From Girardia tigrina (lineage: Eukaryota): a stretch of DNA of 59,391 nt. Shown in pieces: positions 1 through 12,700 of the stretch (positions within the stretch are counted from its first letter, which is position 1; each line of letters begins with the position of its first letter). The stretch is from contig MQRK01247609.1 of NCBI GenBank assembly GCA_001938485.1, forward strand, positions 1-59,391. The letters are read 5' to 3'. Under the pieces are notes generated by a model that did no database searches, was not told the origin of the DNA, and saw only the letters and a program-made list of their open reading frames with translations. The translations under genes were made by a program, and so were the position numbers.

Positions 1-123
1 ATAAATAGTTTCTCAAAAAAAATAAATTTGTTTAAATATTAGATTTAAACATTTTTTGTGGTATAATAAAAGTTTTAATGTCTGATATTAATAATTCTGA
101 CGAGTTTCCAAGAACCTCTTATA
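1..123 (+). mobile_element. 3' part of an LTR (solo or 3' LTR), same family as the Gypsy LTR at 44352-44829
   Basis: 1-123 is near-identical to the reverse complement of ~44352-44474 (ataaatagtttctcaaaaaa...aataaaagttttaatgtctg...ctgacgagtttccaagaacc). It ends in ATA and no TGG primer-binding site follows. Confidence 0.85.
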
Positions 124-149
124 ATCAATACTTACCACCTCCTTTTGAT

Positions 150-925
150 ATCGTTTCATATTATTTTTTTGAAATTATTCATAATTTATTCTTTTTGAAT
201 TACAAAGTTTGTCATCATGAAATGAAATGGTGAAAATTATAAAATCATTTAAGTAAATGGTTGTCGAAGGTCTTCGAATAATTAATGCTCACAGACTTTA
301 CTAGTCCCACTTGGTGGTATGTTCTCACATATACAAATACGAAGATGAAAGTGTTTTGTAAATGAAAGAATGTTTTATTTTAGTAAAAATTCATATTGAA
401 AAACACACTGATTCTCCAGTCTAGGAATTCTTTCATCCTTGACATTAAAAATAATATATTACATTAGCTCGCACAGCCAAAACTGTTTTTTATTTAGTCA
501 AAAAAATCTTTTTACCTTCGAAGTGATAGATACAACTTTTATATTTTTCCTACAGTTTATATAATGTAGAACTTTCATAATTGGTTTGAAACTCTCTTTT
601 TAATCATCATTCTTAATCTTATTTTCATCATTATCTTTATACAATGTCTGCTTAAACTGTTTATCAAAAGCACTATCAGAGTTTATATTCTAATTCTGCT
701 TATTCGTTAAAATATTTAAATCTTTGTGACCTAATTCAAAGTTTGAAGATAAAAATTACATTTGCATTTTTTCTAACAAAAACTGTACGGTGTAGTAAAC
801 AGTCTTGTTTCAGTTCTCTTCCTCTTTCTCGTAATTACCACACATCCTTCTAACAAGAACATCAAGTAAAGTAAATCTATTATCAGTCTCAGTTTCAATT
901 GTGAACTTTATTTTGGAATGTCTCA
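150..925 (-). pseudogene. Heavily decayed Penelope-like element (RT C-terminus/thumb plus GIY-YIG region)
   Basis: Minus-strand translation RHSKIKFTIETETDNRFTLLDVLV matches the PLE motif HPxIKFTxExE..LPFLDVLV. It is followed by SSNFELGHKDLNILTN...FDKQFKQTL and NQCVFQYEF...KHFHLRIC..SKVCEH, with many stops. Confidence 0.65.
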
Positions 926-1983
926 TAGAAAGTCACAAAAACACCTTTTAATTTTATAAACAGGTCTGTTCTGAATTTCATTTAAATTTATTTATTATAT
1001 TTATATTTGAATCATTATTGAAATTTATATTTGAATTCCTCCCTGTCAAAGACAATTCAAAATCAACATTTTTCTTATTCTCAAAATGACAATTACTGAT
1101 TCTTTTATCGTTGTTCTTTATTGCCTTTTCTTTTATATATGTATTGTAATAAGGACCATTAAATTAACCACGAGCATCCACAAACTCTTGTGCATATTTG
1201 ACACGTGCTACACGTACAGATGACCCTCACAATTAATGGCCTTAAAAAACCAATTGTCAGACAAGAAGCAAGCAGCGATATCGATATCAAGAATCTGGAG
1301 CTCGTTTTATTTTAGACGAAAAATCACCATGCATTCTTTATACTTGTTGCTCCTCATTTCCCTCTCCCAACCGGCATTTTAAATGATTTATTCTTGATTA
1401 AAGAATTTACAACTTCAAATGCATTCATAAACCTTAAGCATTGAAACCCGCATCGGTCACTGATTCCACAATTGAACAGCCTCTCGTCATCGTTATCCAA
1501 AACACCATTCTCAATCAATGATCTTTGATCCAAAAATACAACCCAAAAATTACAACCCAAAAATTTATTTATCACCTCTGTCTTATCGCTGTCTTTCACA
1601 AATCGTTCAAATTTTCAAATTAAAAAAACCAATCCAAAACACTTTTACAACTGATTCGCATTTTTAACAAACTATTTTCACCAAATTTTCAAATCAAGAT
1701 TTCACAAATCGTAAAAATAAACTCTCCAATAAGTCAGATACACAATTTCAAAATCTTTATAATTGTCCCAAGACTTTGATATTGAAATTTACACTTTTTG
1801 AGTCTAAATATATTTTGAACGACATCGGTTTTCACCAGAATTTTATTTTTATATTTTTGAACAAGATTCAAGAAATATTTCTTATTACATTTAATTACGT
1901 TTGGTCGTGAATCAATTCTTAATTGATCCACAGGGTTTAGCAAACATATATATAAAATACAAAATAAAAAAAACATATAATTA

Positions 1984-2645
1984 AAGTATTATTGGGTAAT
2001 AATGGCAAAAATATTTTAATTAAAAATTTTAAGTATTGAAATAACCTTACTTTGTCCATTCTGAATGATTTTACTAGTTTTATACATCTTTGTACATTTC
2101 AATATTTGAGCATACATACTGAAACAAGAAATATTTCGTTTTCAATTTTAGATAATATTTGAAAAAATAATTCATTTGGCGAAACAAATAAATATTCTGT
2201 AACATGATAGAATCTTTTTAAGTTGATGAAATTCTATTTAGAATCAATTTAAATGTTTTGTTCTGATTTTAAAGAAAAATATTAATCAACAGACAACAAT
2301 TTATCAATATACACGATTCTGGAATGTATTTGAAATTTTTTTATACATCGGAGAGACAAATCGTCATCTCAAAACCCGGATTAGCGAACACTCGCAAATG
2401 AGTTGATCGAGTAAGGTTCTTGATCATTGGTTATGTTGTAAGGATAGAACCTCATCCATTTCAAAAGATGAGTTTTCTGTTCTACAAAAGGGTTTTGATT
2501 CACATTACGAACGACAATTTTGTATATCTCCACTAATAAGACACTACAACCAATCAATTAACATTCAGAATGGGCAAAGTAAGGTTATTTCAATACTTAA
2601 AATTTTTAATTAAAATATTTTTGCCATTATTACTCAATAATACTT
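1984..2645. repeat. 84-bp inverted repeat (1984-2067 / 2562-2645) from the PLE 3' coding end
   Basis: aagtattattgggtaataatggcaaaa...ctttgtccattctgaatg is the reverse complement of cattcagaatgggcaaag...attactcaataatactt (2 mismatches). Confidence 0.9.
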
Positions 2646-2832
2646 CAATAAATAATAATATTTAATTCATAATATACCTTTTAAGTTTATGTTTTTATTA
2701 AAATTGTATTAACATTGCTGATGGTGATGTATATAAACATCGAAACATGTCCAATAATTATATAAAAAAAAGCTTGAATCAAATTATATTTTCAAAATAT
2801 TAAACTTGCGTTCACAAGACTCAATATTATAT
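2070..2832 (+). mobile_element. Penelope-like element 3' fragment (GIY-YIG endonuclease plus pLTR)
   Basis: 2341-2613 reads LYIGETNRHLKTRISEHSQMS*SSKVLDHWLCCKD...FSVLQKGFDSHYERQFC..PLIRHYNQSINIQNGQSKVISILKIFN*. A hammerhead motif lies downstream. The 5' boundary is approximate. Confidence 0.85.
2714..2755 (+). ncRNA. Minimal type I hammerhead ribozyme motif (core variant CUGAUGG)
   Basis: attg-CTGATGG-t-gatgt/atataa/acatc-GAAA-catg-TC-caat: stems I and II pair, stem III is the palindrome ACAUGU, cleavage triplet GUC; conserved A9 is G. Confidence 0.75.
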
Positions 2833-2861
2833 TATATATATATATATGTGTGTGTGTGTGT
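2833..2861. repeat. (TA)n(TG)n compound microsatellite
   Basis: Directly visible. Confidence 0.95.
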
Positions 2862-3903
2862 ATAGTTTTCTTCAAGTGTGTTGGCAAATGTTTTGGATAC
2901 ATCTTTGGAACTTGAAATTGCTCAAAATTCTGTAGTTAACCGGAAAAGTTTTATAAGCAAATTATGTGCCAAATATTTTCTTGCAAATCATCAGAAATGT
3001 GAAGCCCAGGTACAACAGTATAATTAGTACTACATTATTCAACATTATACAACATTATATGGGTCTAAATTTGTCAAAAAGAAAACAATGCAAGGATGAT
3101 TTTCCAGCATAATAAATTCCTGGAACAATATGTAAAAAAATCTAAACAAAACAACAGTAAATTTTATGCCAATCATAAAACAATATATTCTGCAACTCTT
3201 ATTGCTTATTTATACCAAATAAAAAAATAAAGGCAATGTTAATTTAAAATTTAACGTTTTTTGTGGATATAATTTACAAGTACTTATGAAACTCACTTTA
3301 TTTTATCAATATAAAAAAATATTTAAAAAAAAATACATTTTCCTGAAAAACTAAAAGAAAAAATATCTTTTACAAATTTGTCAAACTTAAGCAACATTTT
3401 ATATTTTCCCTTGCAAGTCGTATGGTGAGTCAACATCAGTGAGTAATGGACCTTGTATATCACTAATGTTTAAACTTTTTTTCCGATTTATTTGCAAATA
3501 AATTATTTTGAACTTGAAAGAGTCCTTAAAAATGAATGAATATTTTGCAAAACATAAATTTTAAATTGATTTTTTGTGTAAATTCGCAAAATTTTCAAAA
3601 AATTATATAAATTTATTTTAAGTTAGAAAATATATTTTCTTTATAAATATAGAAATATATTAATAATAACAAGTTGAAATTTTAGAAGTGTAAAATATAG
3701 TTCTTTTGTGAGCTTAATAACCCAATTTTATACAATTGAAAGAATAATTGGTGTCATTATAAAACATATGATTCAGATTTTCTATATCTTTCCTAGTAAG
3801 ATTTAATAATTGCTCAAAGGGTTTTAAGTAAATTTGAGGGTATATTTACTTTATAATGACGAGTTTTAATAACCAAAGTCATCCATTTAAAAATATATTT
3901 TAA

Positions 3904-3942
3904 GACAATATATTTCGACGGATCAACCGTCATCTTCAGGTC
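3904..3942 (-). ncRNA. Minimal hammerhead ribozyme in the PLE pLTR (minus arm)
   Basis: Reverse complement reads gac-CTGAAGA-t-gacgg/ttgat/ccgtc-GAAA-tata-TT-gtc. Confidence 0.85.
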
Positions 3943-5265
3943 ACTAATTAATAATCAATTCACCTGTATATAAGTACACAAATGATGATTGTGTAATTGA
4001 TTACATGAAATAATGCTAATCAAAAATTCTCAATAAGGTGTTTGAGACTGTCGATTGAACATTGATTTAATGGCAACGTGACCTAATTAACAATGCTTCA
4101 CACGACACTCTCCCAATAACTGTCAAAATGCTTACACAGAATTTTGAAATTATCAAAATTAACATCACATTTACATTTTTTCCTATGTTCTGCAATATTG
4201 CTCTTACTCTCTTTTCGACCATGTTCTTGAATTCGTTTACAGAGATGACGGGCAGTCTCTTCAATGTATGTGGTATCGCACCCATTACATTTATATTCAT
4301 AAACAATATCAGAACAAAGTGTTAAAGGTGTATTAGATTTATTACTGAACATATTTTGAATTTTATGAGATCGTGATATAATTTTTAAATTTAAATCATT
4401 GTTAGTTGCTTTTAACAATGCATTTTTAAGGTTTTTAAATCCTTCAGAATAAGGTACAATTAAACAATATTTAGGCATATTATTCATATCTAATGATCCT
4501 TCGATTTCTTTCTTAGATCCATNNNNNNNNNNNNNACTCTGATTTTTCGAAAAATCTTTCAAAAGTATTTTATCTACTGTTTCCTTTATTAATTTTTCTA
4601 GAAAAGATTTAGAATAACCATTCTTATTTAACAACGAACTTAGTTTATTAACACTTTCTACAGATTTAACAAAAGTGGAAGACAACGACCAGGAGCAATA
4701 AATTAAACCTTTAATCATGTTTCTAATAATGACTAAATATTGTTTAATTGTACCTTATTCTGAAGGATTTAAAAACTTTAAAAATGCATTGTTAAAAGCA
4801 ACTAACAATGATTTAAATTTAAAAATTATATCACGATCTCATAAAATTCAAATATGTTCAGTAATAAATCTAATACACCTTTAACACTTTGTTCTGATAT
4901 TGTTTATGAATATAAATGTAATGGGTGCGATGCCACATACATTGGAGAGACTGCCCGTCATCTCTGTAAACGAATTCAAGAACATGGTCGAANNNNNNNN
5001 NNNNNNNNNNNNNNNNNNNNNNNNNNNNNNNNNNNNNNNNNNNNNNNNNNNNNNNNNNNNNNNNNNNNNNNNNNNNNNNNNNNNNNNNNNNNNGAGAGAG
5101 TGTCGTGTGAAGCATTGTTAATTAGGTCACGTTGCCCTAAAATCAATGTTCAATCGGCAGTCTCAACCAGCTTATTGAGAATTTTTGATTAGTATGATTT
5201 CATGTAATCGATAACATAATCATCATTTTTGTATTTATAAACAGGTGAATTGATTATTAATTAGT

Positions 5266-5304
5266 GACCTGAAGATGACGGTTGATCCGTCGAAATATAT
5301 TGTC
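5266..5304 (+). ncRNA. Minimal hammerhead ribozyme in the PLE pLTR (plus arm)
   Basis: gac-CTGAAGA-t-gacgg/ttgat/ccgtc-GAAA-tata-TT-gtc; stem III is the palindrome AUAUAU. Confidence 0.85.
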
Positions 5305-6674
5305 TTAAAATATATTTTTAAATGGATGAGTTGGTTATTAAAAGAAGATTTTCATCCGGACTTCGTTTTATCAATAATGACGAGTTTGTTCCTTATTTCG
5401 ATAGAAATTTCTCAAGTTGAAATGAAATGTAAAATAAAAATAATAAAGGCTGGAATATGACCAGAATCAATTTTTATTATTTTATTATTGTTAGGAAATT
5501 TAATAAAAGCTTTGTTGAAAATAGGATTATGTGACATGCTAAAATTTTTTCCTTGATCATTTTATTAAATCAGCAATCATTAATTTAATAAAAATATTTT
5601 GTGTCTGGTCGTTTTATCATACGATCGTTGTTCCACATCAAAAATTATATATTTAAAAATAAAATAAAAGAAAATTTGAAATTGGAATTTTTAATTTCAA
5701 TTTCAGGTCTTTATAAATGTATATTTATATTAAAAAAAAGAAAGAAAAAAATAATTACTTTTTTTAAAATAAAGAAAACTTTTTCAAATTAATAATTGTT
5801 AATTTGAAAGACACTTTATGTCTAAAAAACAGAATTATATTTATATTGTTATGCTTATATCAATTGTTTAAATATGTTAATGAAATTATTAAAAAATTTG
5901 GAAACCAATAAATAAAAAAATTAATATATATTTCTTAATTAATTATTATTAAAGAAATCTAGTTATATTAAAACAGCCGAAAAGAAATGCAATAAAGGGA
6001 AAATTTCAACAGATAATACATCTGTGAATTACATTAAATAGAAGAAAGAATATACAAAACTAAAAGGGAAGTGAAACGAGGATTCTATCCTTTACCCATA
6101 GAAAAACACAATTAACTTCAAATACCATAATAAATAAAGTCTAGATTGAATAAATCGTTTTCCTTGTCTCATGGTTCAATTTATCCGACACGTTCTGATT
6201 TAGAAACCATACAGGAGATCTCTAATATTTGTGAAACTAATACAATAATTGGCTGGAAAACCGTCCTCGTTAGGGCGAAAATTATTGATCGCAGAACTGT
6301 TTCCGGAATATCGGAGGCCGCGTTCCTATGGGCCTGAACCATAATATCTGGCCCCGCCGGAGACTTAGTGTTGAAAATCATCACTGATAACAAAAGTTAT
6401 TTTAAAGAGTTTTCAGTCGTTCATCACATGTTTTTATCTCAATACTTTTTTCCAGCATGCTCTTGTATTTCACGTTCTAGAAGCCGATAATGAATTGATC
6501 GCTTCTTTTTCACAATATCCACGTATTAATGAGCTGACAATCTTCTATATATCTTAGGTACAACATAATTTGTAATCGGCAAATTCCTAATCATGGATAT
6601 ATTCACAGATCTTTTTATTCCATCAAACATTATGAACAAACTGCATTTAGCAATGGAAGGAATAGCACATATTA

Positions 6675-7952
6675 TTGGGTTGTTCGGAAAGTCATTTAAT
6701 TTTTTTGTATTAAAGTGAAAGACAAATTTTATGACGAATAAATATTTTATTGAAATACATATTGACCATTGTGGTCCAATACCTTCTTCCATCTTCCTAG
6801 CAGCGACATGATTCCACGTTCATAAAATATTTGTTCTTTGCTGCTAAAAAATTGTTCCAGGTGATTTTTAACATCTTCATTTGATCCAAAAGTGTTACCA
6901 TCTAAATAATTTTATAGAGACCGGAACGAATGATAATCAGAAGGTGCAAGGTCTGGAGAATATGGTGGGTGAGGCATGATGTTCCATCCAAGCTGTAAAA
7001 GCTTTTGGCGAGTTACCAAACTTGTATGAGGTCTGGCATTATCTTGGTGAAACACTACACCTTTTCTATTGATCTATTCTGGCCTTTTGTGTTTAAGGGA
7101 TTCATTTAATTTGTCAAGCTGATGACAGTAGACGTCCGAATCGATCGTAGTTTTGTCCGGAAGAAGCTCATAAAATACGATTCCTTTGAAATCCCACCAA
7201 AAAGATAGCATCACGTTTTTGATGAATGTCAGCTTTCAGAGTGCTTTGAGCAGGTTGATCTTTTTTACTCCAAGATCTCTTGCGTTTTAAATTATTATAG
7301 ATTACCCATTACTCATCTCCTGTGACGATGCGCTTCAAAAGTAGATAATTTTCTTGATGTTTAAGCAGCATATCGCATATGTCTAAACGACAGCATAAAT
7401 TTCGTTCGGTAAGATTATGAGGAATCCATGTGTCGAGTTTTGATGTAAAACCTCAGGCGCTTCAAATGATCACGGACGGTCGAATTAGATAAATGTAATG
7501 TCTGGGCAATTTCGCGAGTTGTTATTCGCCGGTTTGAATCAATAATACCTTTATTATGTCTTCTTCGGCCTCAATGGGCCTTCCGGAACGTGAAGAATCT
7601 TCAACATCAAAATTTCCGGATCTAAATCTTTTAAACCAGTTTTGGCATTGGCGTTCTGTCAATACATTTTCTCCATACACTTCGCATAATTTTCTTCTTG
7701 CTTGTACAGCATTTTTACCTTTTCGAAAGTAGAAAAGTAATACATGCCGTAAATGCTGATTCTTGCTTTCCATCTTTGATAGGTCAAAAATCAAATATAA
7801 ATGTTTTAATTATTCCAAAATTTTCCAAATCTAACCTTGATTACCAACTGCTAAAATAAATAATATAGTCAATGATTATTAATGATTATTAATATAAAAA
7901 AATACATTTAAAACAAGTATTAAAAAAAGAAATAACTTTCCGAAAAACCCAA
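6675..7952 (-). mobile_element. Mariner transposon (mellifera-subfamily-like), full length, transposase pseudogene
   Basis: TA TSDs; TIRs ttgggttgttcggaaagtcattt / aaataactttccgaaaaacccaa. N-terminus MESKNQHLRHVLLFYFRKGKNAVQARRKLCEVYG; HQDNARPH and PHPPYSPDLAPSDYH motifs in shifted frames. Confidence 0.93.
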
Positions 7953-8374
7953 TACAAACATATGTGAAGGATGGCACAGTAGTCTCCAGTCTCTTTAACT
8001 ATGCAACCAACACTCAATATAGACAATTTTAGATAAAATAAAAAAATTACAGTGTAGATGTCAGTGTTTCTTCAACGTAATTCTGAAAGTTTTCCAGCAC
8101 CAAAGAAGAAGTAGTTTTATCTTAAAGAACGTGTTCAACGAGCTTTTAAACTTTATAGGCACATAAATTATCTGATATTTTTGCGTGTTATGGTTCAACT
8201 ATATAGGGTCAAAATAATAAATGTTATTGTCAAAACTTTCTTGCTATTATTTTATTATTTTAATTTGTAATGACAATGATATATTGTGTACATTGATATT
8301 ATGATTTACAAAGAATATTTACTAAATCACTATTGAATTAAATTAAATGCGAAATTCAAAGCTTAAATTTGAAT

Positions 8375-8500
8375 GTAATGAAGACCGTATAATGAAATGG
8401 ATGTGTGGTGACACGACCGGTGATTAAACAACCGTGATATAGGTGACAGTGCCTTACCAATAATGATTCAGAAGAACAACCGTTCATTTGGGATTTTAAA
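8375..8500 (+). mobile_element. Possible tiny RTE-clade retrotransposon remnant
   Basis: MKWMCGDT resembles the RTE post-RT motif MLRWMCGVT; very degenerate. Confidence 0.3.
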
Positions 8501-8589
8501 AGGTTGTGATCAAGAGCTTTACTTGGTGAATACTCACTAATTCGGGTTTTGAGATGCTAATTTTACTTTCTAATGTAAGAATTTTCTTT

Positions 8590-9795
8590 TTATGGAGAGT
8601 CTCGTTAGGAATAAATGTCAAGGAATTTCAAAACCTGTTGATGTAACAAGTTTACAATTAGCTGAAATTGAAATCTGGGAAAGCTTTGACTTCAGAGATT
8701 TTGTTTTAAATAGATTTTCATATGTGACTCTGAATGTGTCGTCTAATTGCATGTATTCCGTTTACTAACGAATCTCTCCATCGATGGAACCATTTATTGT
8801 GGGTAGAATTATGAGAGGACAATTTGGACGCTATAAATAAGATAATAAAAAGTACGCATTTCAAGAACTTCTAAAGCTTTTGTACGAAAAGGGTGATGTT
8901 TTTAAAGGATCAATGACATTTTTAGAAAGATGGAGTTCAAATGGATTTTTATTAGCACTAACTTTGGAATGCATTTGTATAAATTAATTTGATAAAAAAA
9001 ACTTGATAAAAGACCAATGCTGTATAAACGGAATGTAGATGATAAATGTCTTCTAGAATCATTTTTCAAATTCATTAGTGTTGTTCATCAAATATTTAAT
9101 TTAGAATAAAATATAAAATAAATAATCAACTTCCTTTTCCTGACAATTTTTTCACTTAAATGAAGGGAGTAAATCTAATTTTCTTCTGATTTTGTAATGA
9201 CAGATTATAGTTAAAAAGGTTGGGAACAATATATAACAAATAAAGTAGATAAAGTACAGCATTGAGGTTACATTTGACAAAATAAGTATACATTTACGGG
9301 TTGAAAAAGGTCAAAATACTTTTTTACAGGTTTAAAGGATTGAAGAAAATATTTATAGAAATATAAGAAGTTTCAAAGTACCATTCAAAGTGCACATTTT
9401 ACTATCAAATATGTTAAAAACAGTTTGATGATTGTAAGGTAATCTGGTTTATAGATATAATTGTCAGTAGTGTAAAAAATTCTACTTGCAGTAGAATTTA
9501 TAGAGCAGAAATTTCGGAGACTGAAGCACTCCGTCCCCGTAGGAGGCCTATCAGGGGGCAGCTAGCACTCTTTAGTTTGGGTGGACCCTCTAAAGAGCCT
9601 AGTGGCTCAATACCATTCGAAAGAGATGGGAGGCCACTTTCAGAGACAAATAGTCATCTCAAAACCTGAATACTAATTATTCATAATCGAGTCGATAATG
9701 TAAGGTTCTTGGTCACTAATTGTGTTACAAAAGTAGAACCTCGTCTATTTTGGAGAATGATTTTCCTATAAAACAAAAATGTTTTATTCACACAT
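8590..9795 (+). pseudogene. Decayed Penelope-like element (RT plus GIY-YIG), interrupted by a GC-rich insert
   Basis: Motifs SFDFRDFV, FTN, QELLKL, KDGVQM, RPMLYKRNVDD and NNQLPF.DI are scattered across frames. 9643-9790 is homologous to the GIY-YIG segment at 2350-2500 (gagacaaat.gtcatctcaaaacc). Confidence 0.7.
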
Positions 9796-12700
9796 ATAAT
9801 CAATAAAGGTAGATTAAATAGATGAGATTTATTTTTATTAATTATTTTATAAAGGTTTGTATATCAAAAGATTATTTTATTATTTATCTCAATTATATTA
9901 AATAAAAAAAATAAAGGTCAATGTTAGTTTGAAAAAAAAATTTTCGATTTTCGTTTAACCTAAACTTTATACTTCCTAACAATCTGAAAAATATACTTAT
10001 AGCAAATTTTGATTAATTTATCTTTATAATACCTATTGAAAATAAATAATTAATAACAATAGACAAATAATAATTATTCCTTTTCAATTAAATATAATAG
10101 ACATTTAAACTAATAATTACATAAAAGTTACTTTAAGAGAAAAATTATTAAAAGACAAAATTATATTTTTTAATAACGAAATTGCTATTTTTTAATTAAG
10201 TTTTTATTAAAAATAAAATTACTATTTTTCATTCTATATTTGAAATACTAATTATTGTTATCAAAATAATTTCCACTATTATAATATTATAACTATATTA
10301 AAATTCACTCTTATTTTTTTAAAATATTTTGTTATTAAATTAATTTTCTGTTAATTATTTCAGTCTACTTCGTCACAAATAGCAAGTAAGTGTATTTTTT
10401 TATACGTTTTACTATTTTATTTTAATATCAATAACATTACTTAAGTATTTGATTTCGCATATATTGACACAAATTAATAATGACTACAAGTATATTTTTA
10501 TCAAGTATTTTAGTAAATGCAAATAATAATATGATATTAATAGTATTTTTATAATCGAAATATTCCATAGATAATGCACTATCCTAGATAATATGCACTT
10601 TTTTGGCCGTGAAATATGAGAAAATAAAAAAAATCTAAATAATACACATCTGAACCATCCAAGAAAGAAATGTCAAGTATTCAATGAATGGAGCTTTTTA
10701 CTTAAATTAGCAGATGGCAGTAGTAAACCGTTACCGAGATAGAGCTAGCGCTGAACCTAACGCTATCTGTAGAATGCATTTGTATCAAACTGAGGTAAAT
10801 AGTGCTGGGTACCGCAATTGAAAAATAAACTTAGATGACCTATACCTCTACACAACGCTCTGCCTGATTTTCAATCCTTAGGACTGGGACTTTCTAAGTT
10901 ATTTCGAAGATTTTTTATGTAATTACTTGTACTTGTTTAAAAATTAGTTAATCCTTTATGAATGTATGGAGATTCTCTGTCTTTTCAAATTTTTATTTAT
11001 AATAAGCACTATTGTAAAATCCTACAAGCCTTTTCTTCCAATATCTTAAACTGTTTTACTGAAAAAAATCGTATTGAAAATTCATGATAAAAACTATTTA
11101 GCTAGTATTAGTAAAACACCAAGAAGATTTTTACCAAATTTATATCTCTGTGATGACACTTCTGAAGCATACATAAAAATTTGTTAAATAAGAATTTTTT
11201 ATGTGTAAATATTGAGGCAAAAATGAGAATTTAAATGCTAGTAGATACCATCTAGATCGTAGATTTTTTTAAAAAAATTAGGTCTACACTCAAAACTGTT
11301 TTTGAGCGATAAATAAGTTTCCGCATAAAATTTCATGAGTGCCTATAAAAAAGAAGTTTTTAAAACAATATTAAAAAATTCTCAAAGAAAATATCACATA
11401 AAAAGACCACAAAAAATAGATTTGAATGTATTCTTTAAAAGTATTTCGTAAAAAATACTTTTTCAATAGAATATTTTTTATACTTTTCACTCAAAAATTA
11501 GAGATATTATTTCTGTATTTGTTAAAAACGATTTGTCGGGGCCAAATAAAAATTGGAGACATCCGATCAGCATCTAGTCGTTGCAAATTAAATTTAAAAA
11601 ATTTAAGTAATATTTTCATATTCTTTTAATAATTTAAAATTATGTTTTTAGCAAATAAAGTCTGACATATCGTTATGGATTTATGAAATATTTATTTTTA
11701 TAAGTAACGTGTTTCCTAAATGTAATACAGTGGCTCAAAATTTTGTCTCCAAACTTAGTTTCAAAAAATATTAAAAGAAATAAATTTAGAATTTAAAAAA
11801 ATATTTTAAATAATTAATAATCTAAAAGTTATTTTAAAAAAATGCTTTTTTCTGATATAACTTCATAACGTTTGTGATCTTACTCATGAGTTGTGTCAAG
11901 ATTCTCTTAGTTTATTTCACAAAATTCATTTTTAAAACACTCTTTACTTATTCGACTGCAAAATGTTTTATACCCAATTTGCTATTTCTTCAAATAAAGG
12001 TTTAACAAAATTCACAAAGATTTGTTAATAAAAAGAAGGTTATATCAAAAATTCCTTGACAATATAAATTAAAGCTTTTCTCAGTAGATCTTTTATAGTT
12101 TGAGAAACAATATTTATATTTGGATTATTTAAAAGAAAAGTACTTATTAGTAACAAAAGTTGCTATATGTTTTAAAAATTTTTCTTTTTTCCTAAATTTT
12201 TTTCGACATTTTAATATTTTTCTACTGATTATTAGTAGGGGAGTTTAGTGTATAGGTACTCACTGTTGAGTGACCAATTCAAGAAAATATTATTGAAACG
12301 GTTTTAATAGAAAAAAGTTGTAAATTTGATTTGATTTTAATCGGTACGTTTAACTTTTATCCATATTTTAATCTTTGTTTTGAATTTAATTTTAATCTTT
12401 GTTAAGCATGTTACGTGAAGGATAAAAATGAAAATAGAAAAGAATGATATAAATATAAAAAAATTAAGTAACCATAAAATGAATAATATAAATTTTCTCT
12501 TATGCAAGAAAATAACAAGAATACATTTGCTCTTAACTAAAAATGTCAGGCACATTTCAAATATAACAAATGCATAGGTAAAATAGGATTTCATTGTAAT
12601 GTTGCACTTGATTTGGTTTGTGATCATGCATTTCTTCAAATGAATCATTAATTGCAATATTCTTCAGATTAATATTAATATTCTGTCCATTTAATGTCAT

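Larger units (their letters stand above)
3867..5373. mobile_element. Penelope-like insertion with two inverted 3' ends (minus arm ~3867-4722, plus arm ~4733-5373) and a 14-bp TSD
   Basis: ORFs 4098-4718(-) and 4854-5192(+) both encode the same GIY-YIG domain (IVYEYKCNGCDATYIGETARHLCKRIQEH...CEALLI...INVQ). The arms are reverse complements. ataatgacgagttt is repeated at 3853-3866 and 5374-5387. Confidence 0.92.

Noticed and set aside
121-230. Apparent minus-strand exon ending at GTAAGT
   Set aside because: The frames contain stops and the region is better explained as PLE debris.
2860-3140. Possible piggyBac C-terminal remnant (RKSFISKL...SKRKQC)
   Set aside because: Too degenerate to support.
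5990-6400. Possible stop-codon reassignment (TAA/TAG as Gln), suggested by in-frame TAA/TAG here and in several transposase ORFs
   Set aside because: The 309-aa kinase has no internal TAR and ends in TAG. Stops in the elements align to various residues (GAA, CAA, TGG), consistent with random decay.
9500-9560. Hammerhead or HDV fit to the GC-rich island
   Set aside because: The core reads CUGAUAG and the required stems (hammerhead I/III, HDV P1) cannot be formed; kept only as an unexplained structure.
10550-11320. Possible pogo-like MITE (repeated tagataat..gcac; cagatggcag motif)
   Set aside because: No matching second TIR or TSD could be identified.
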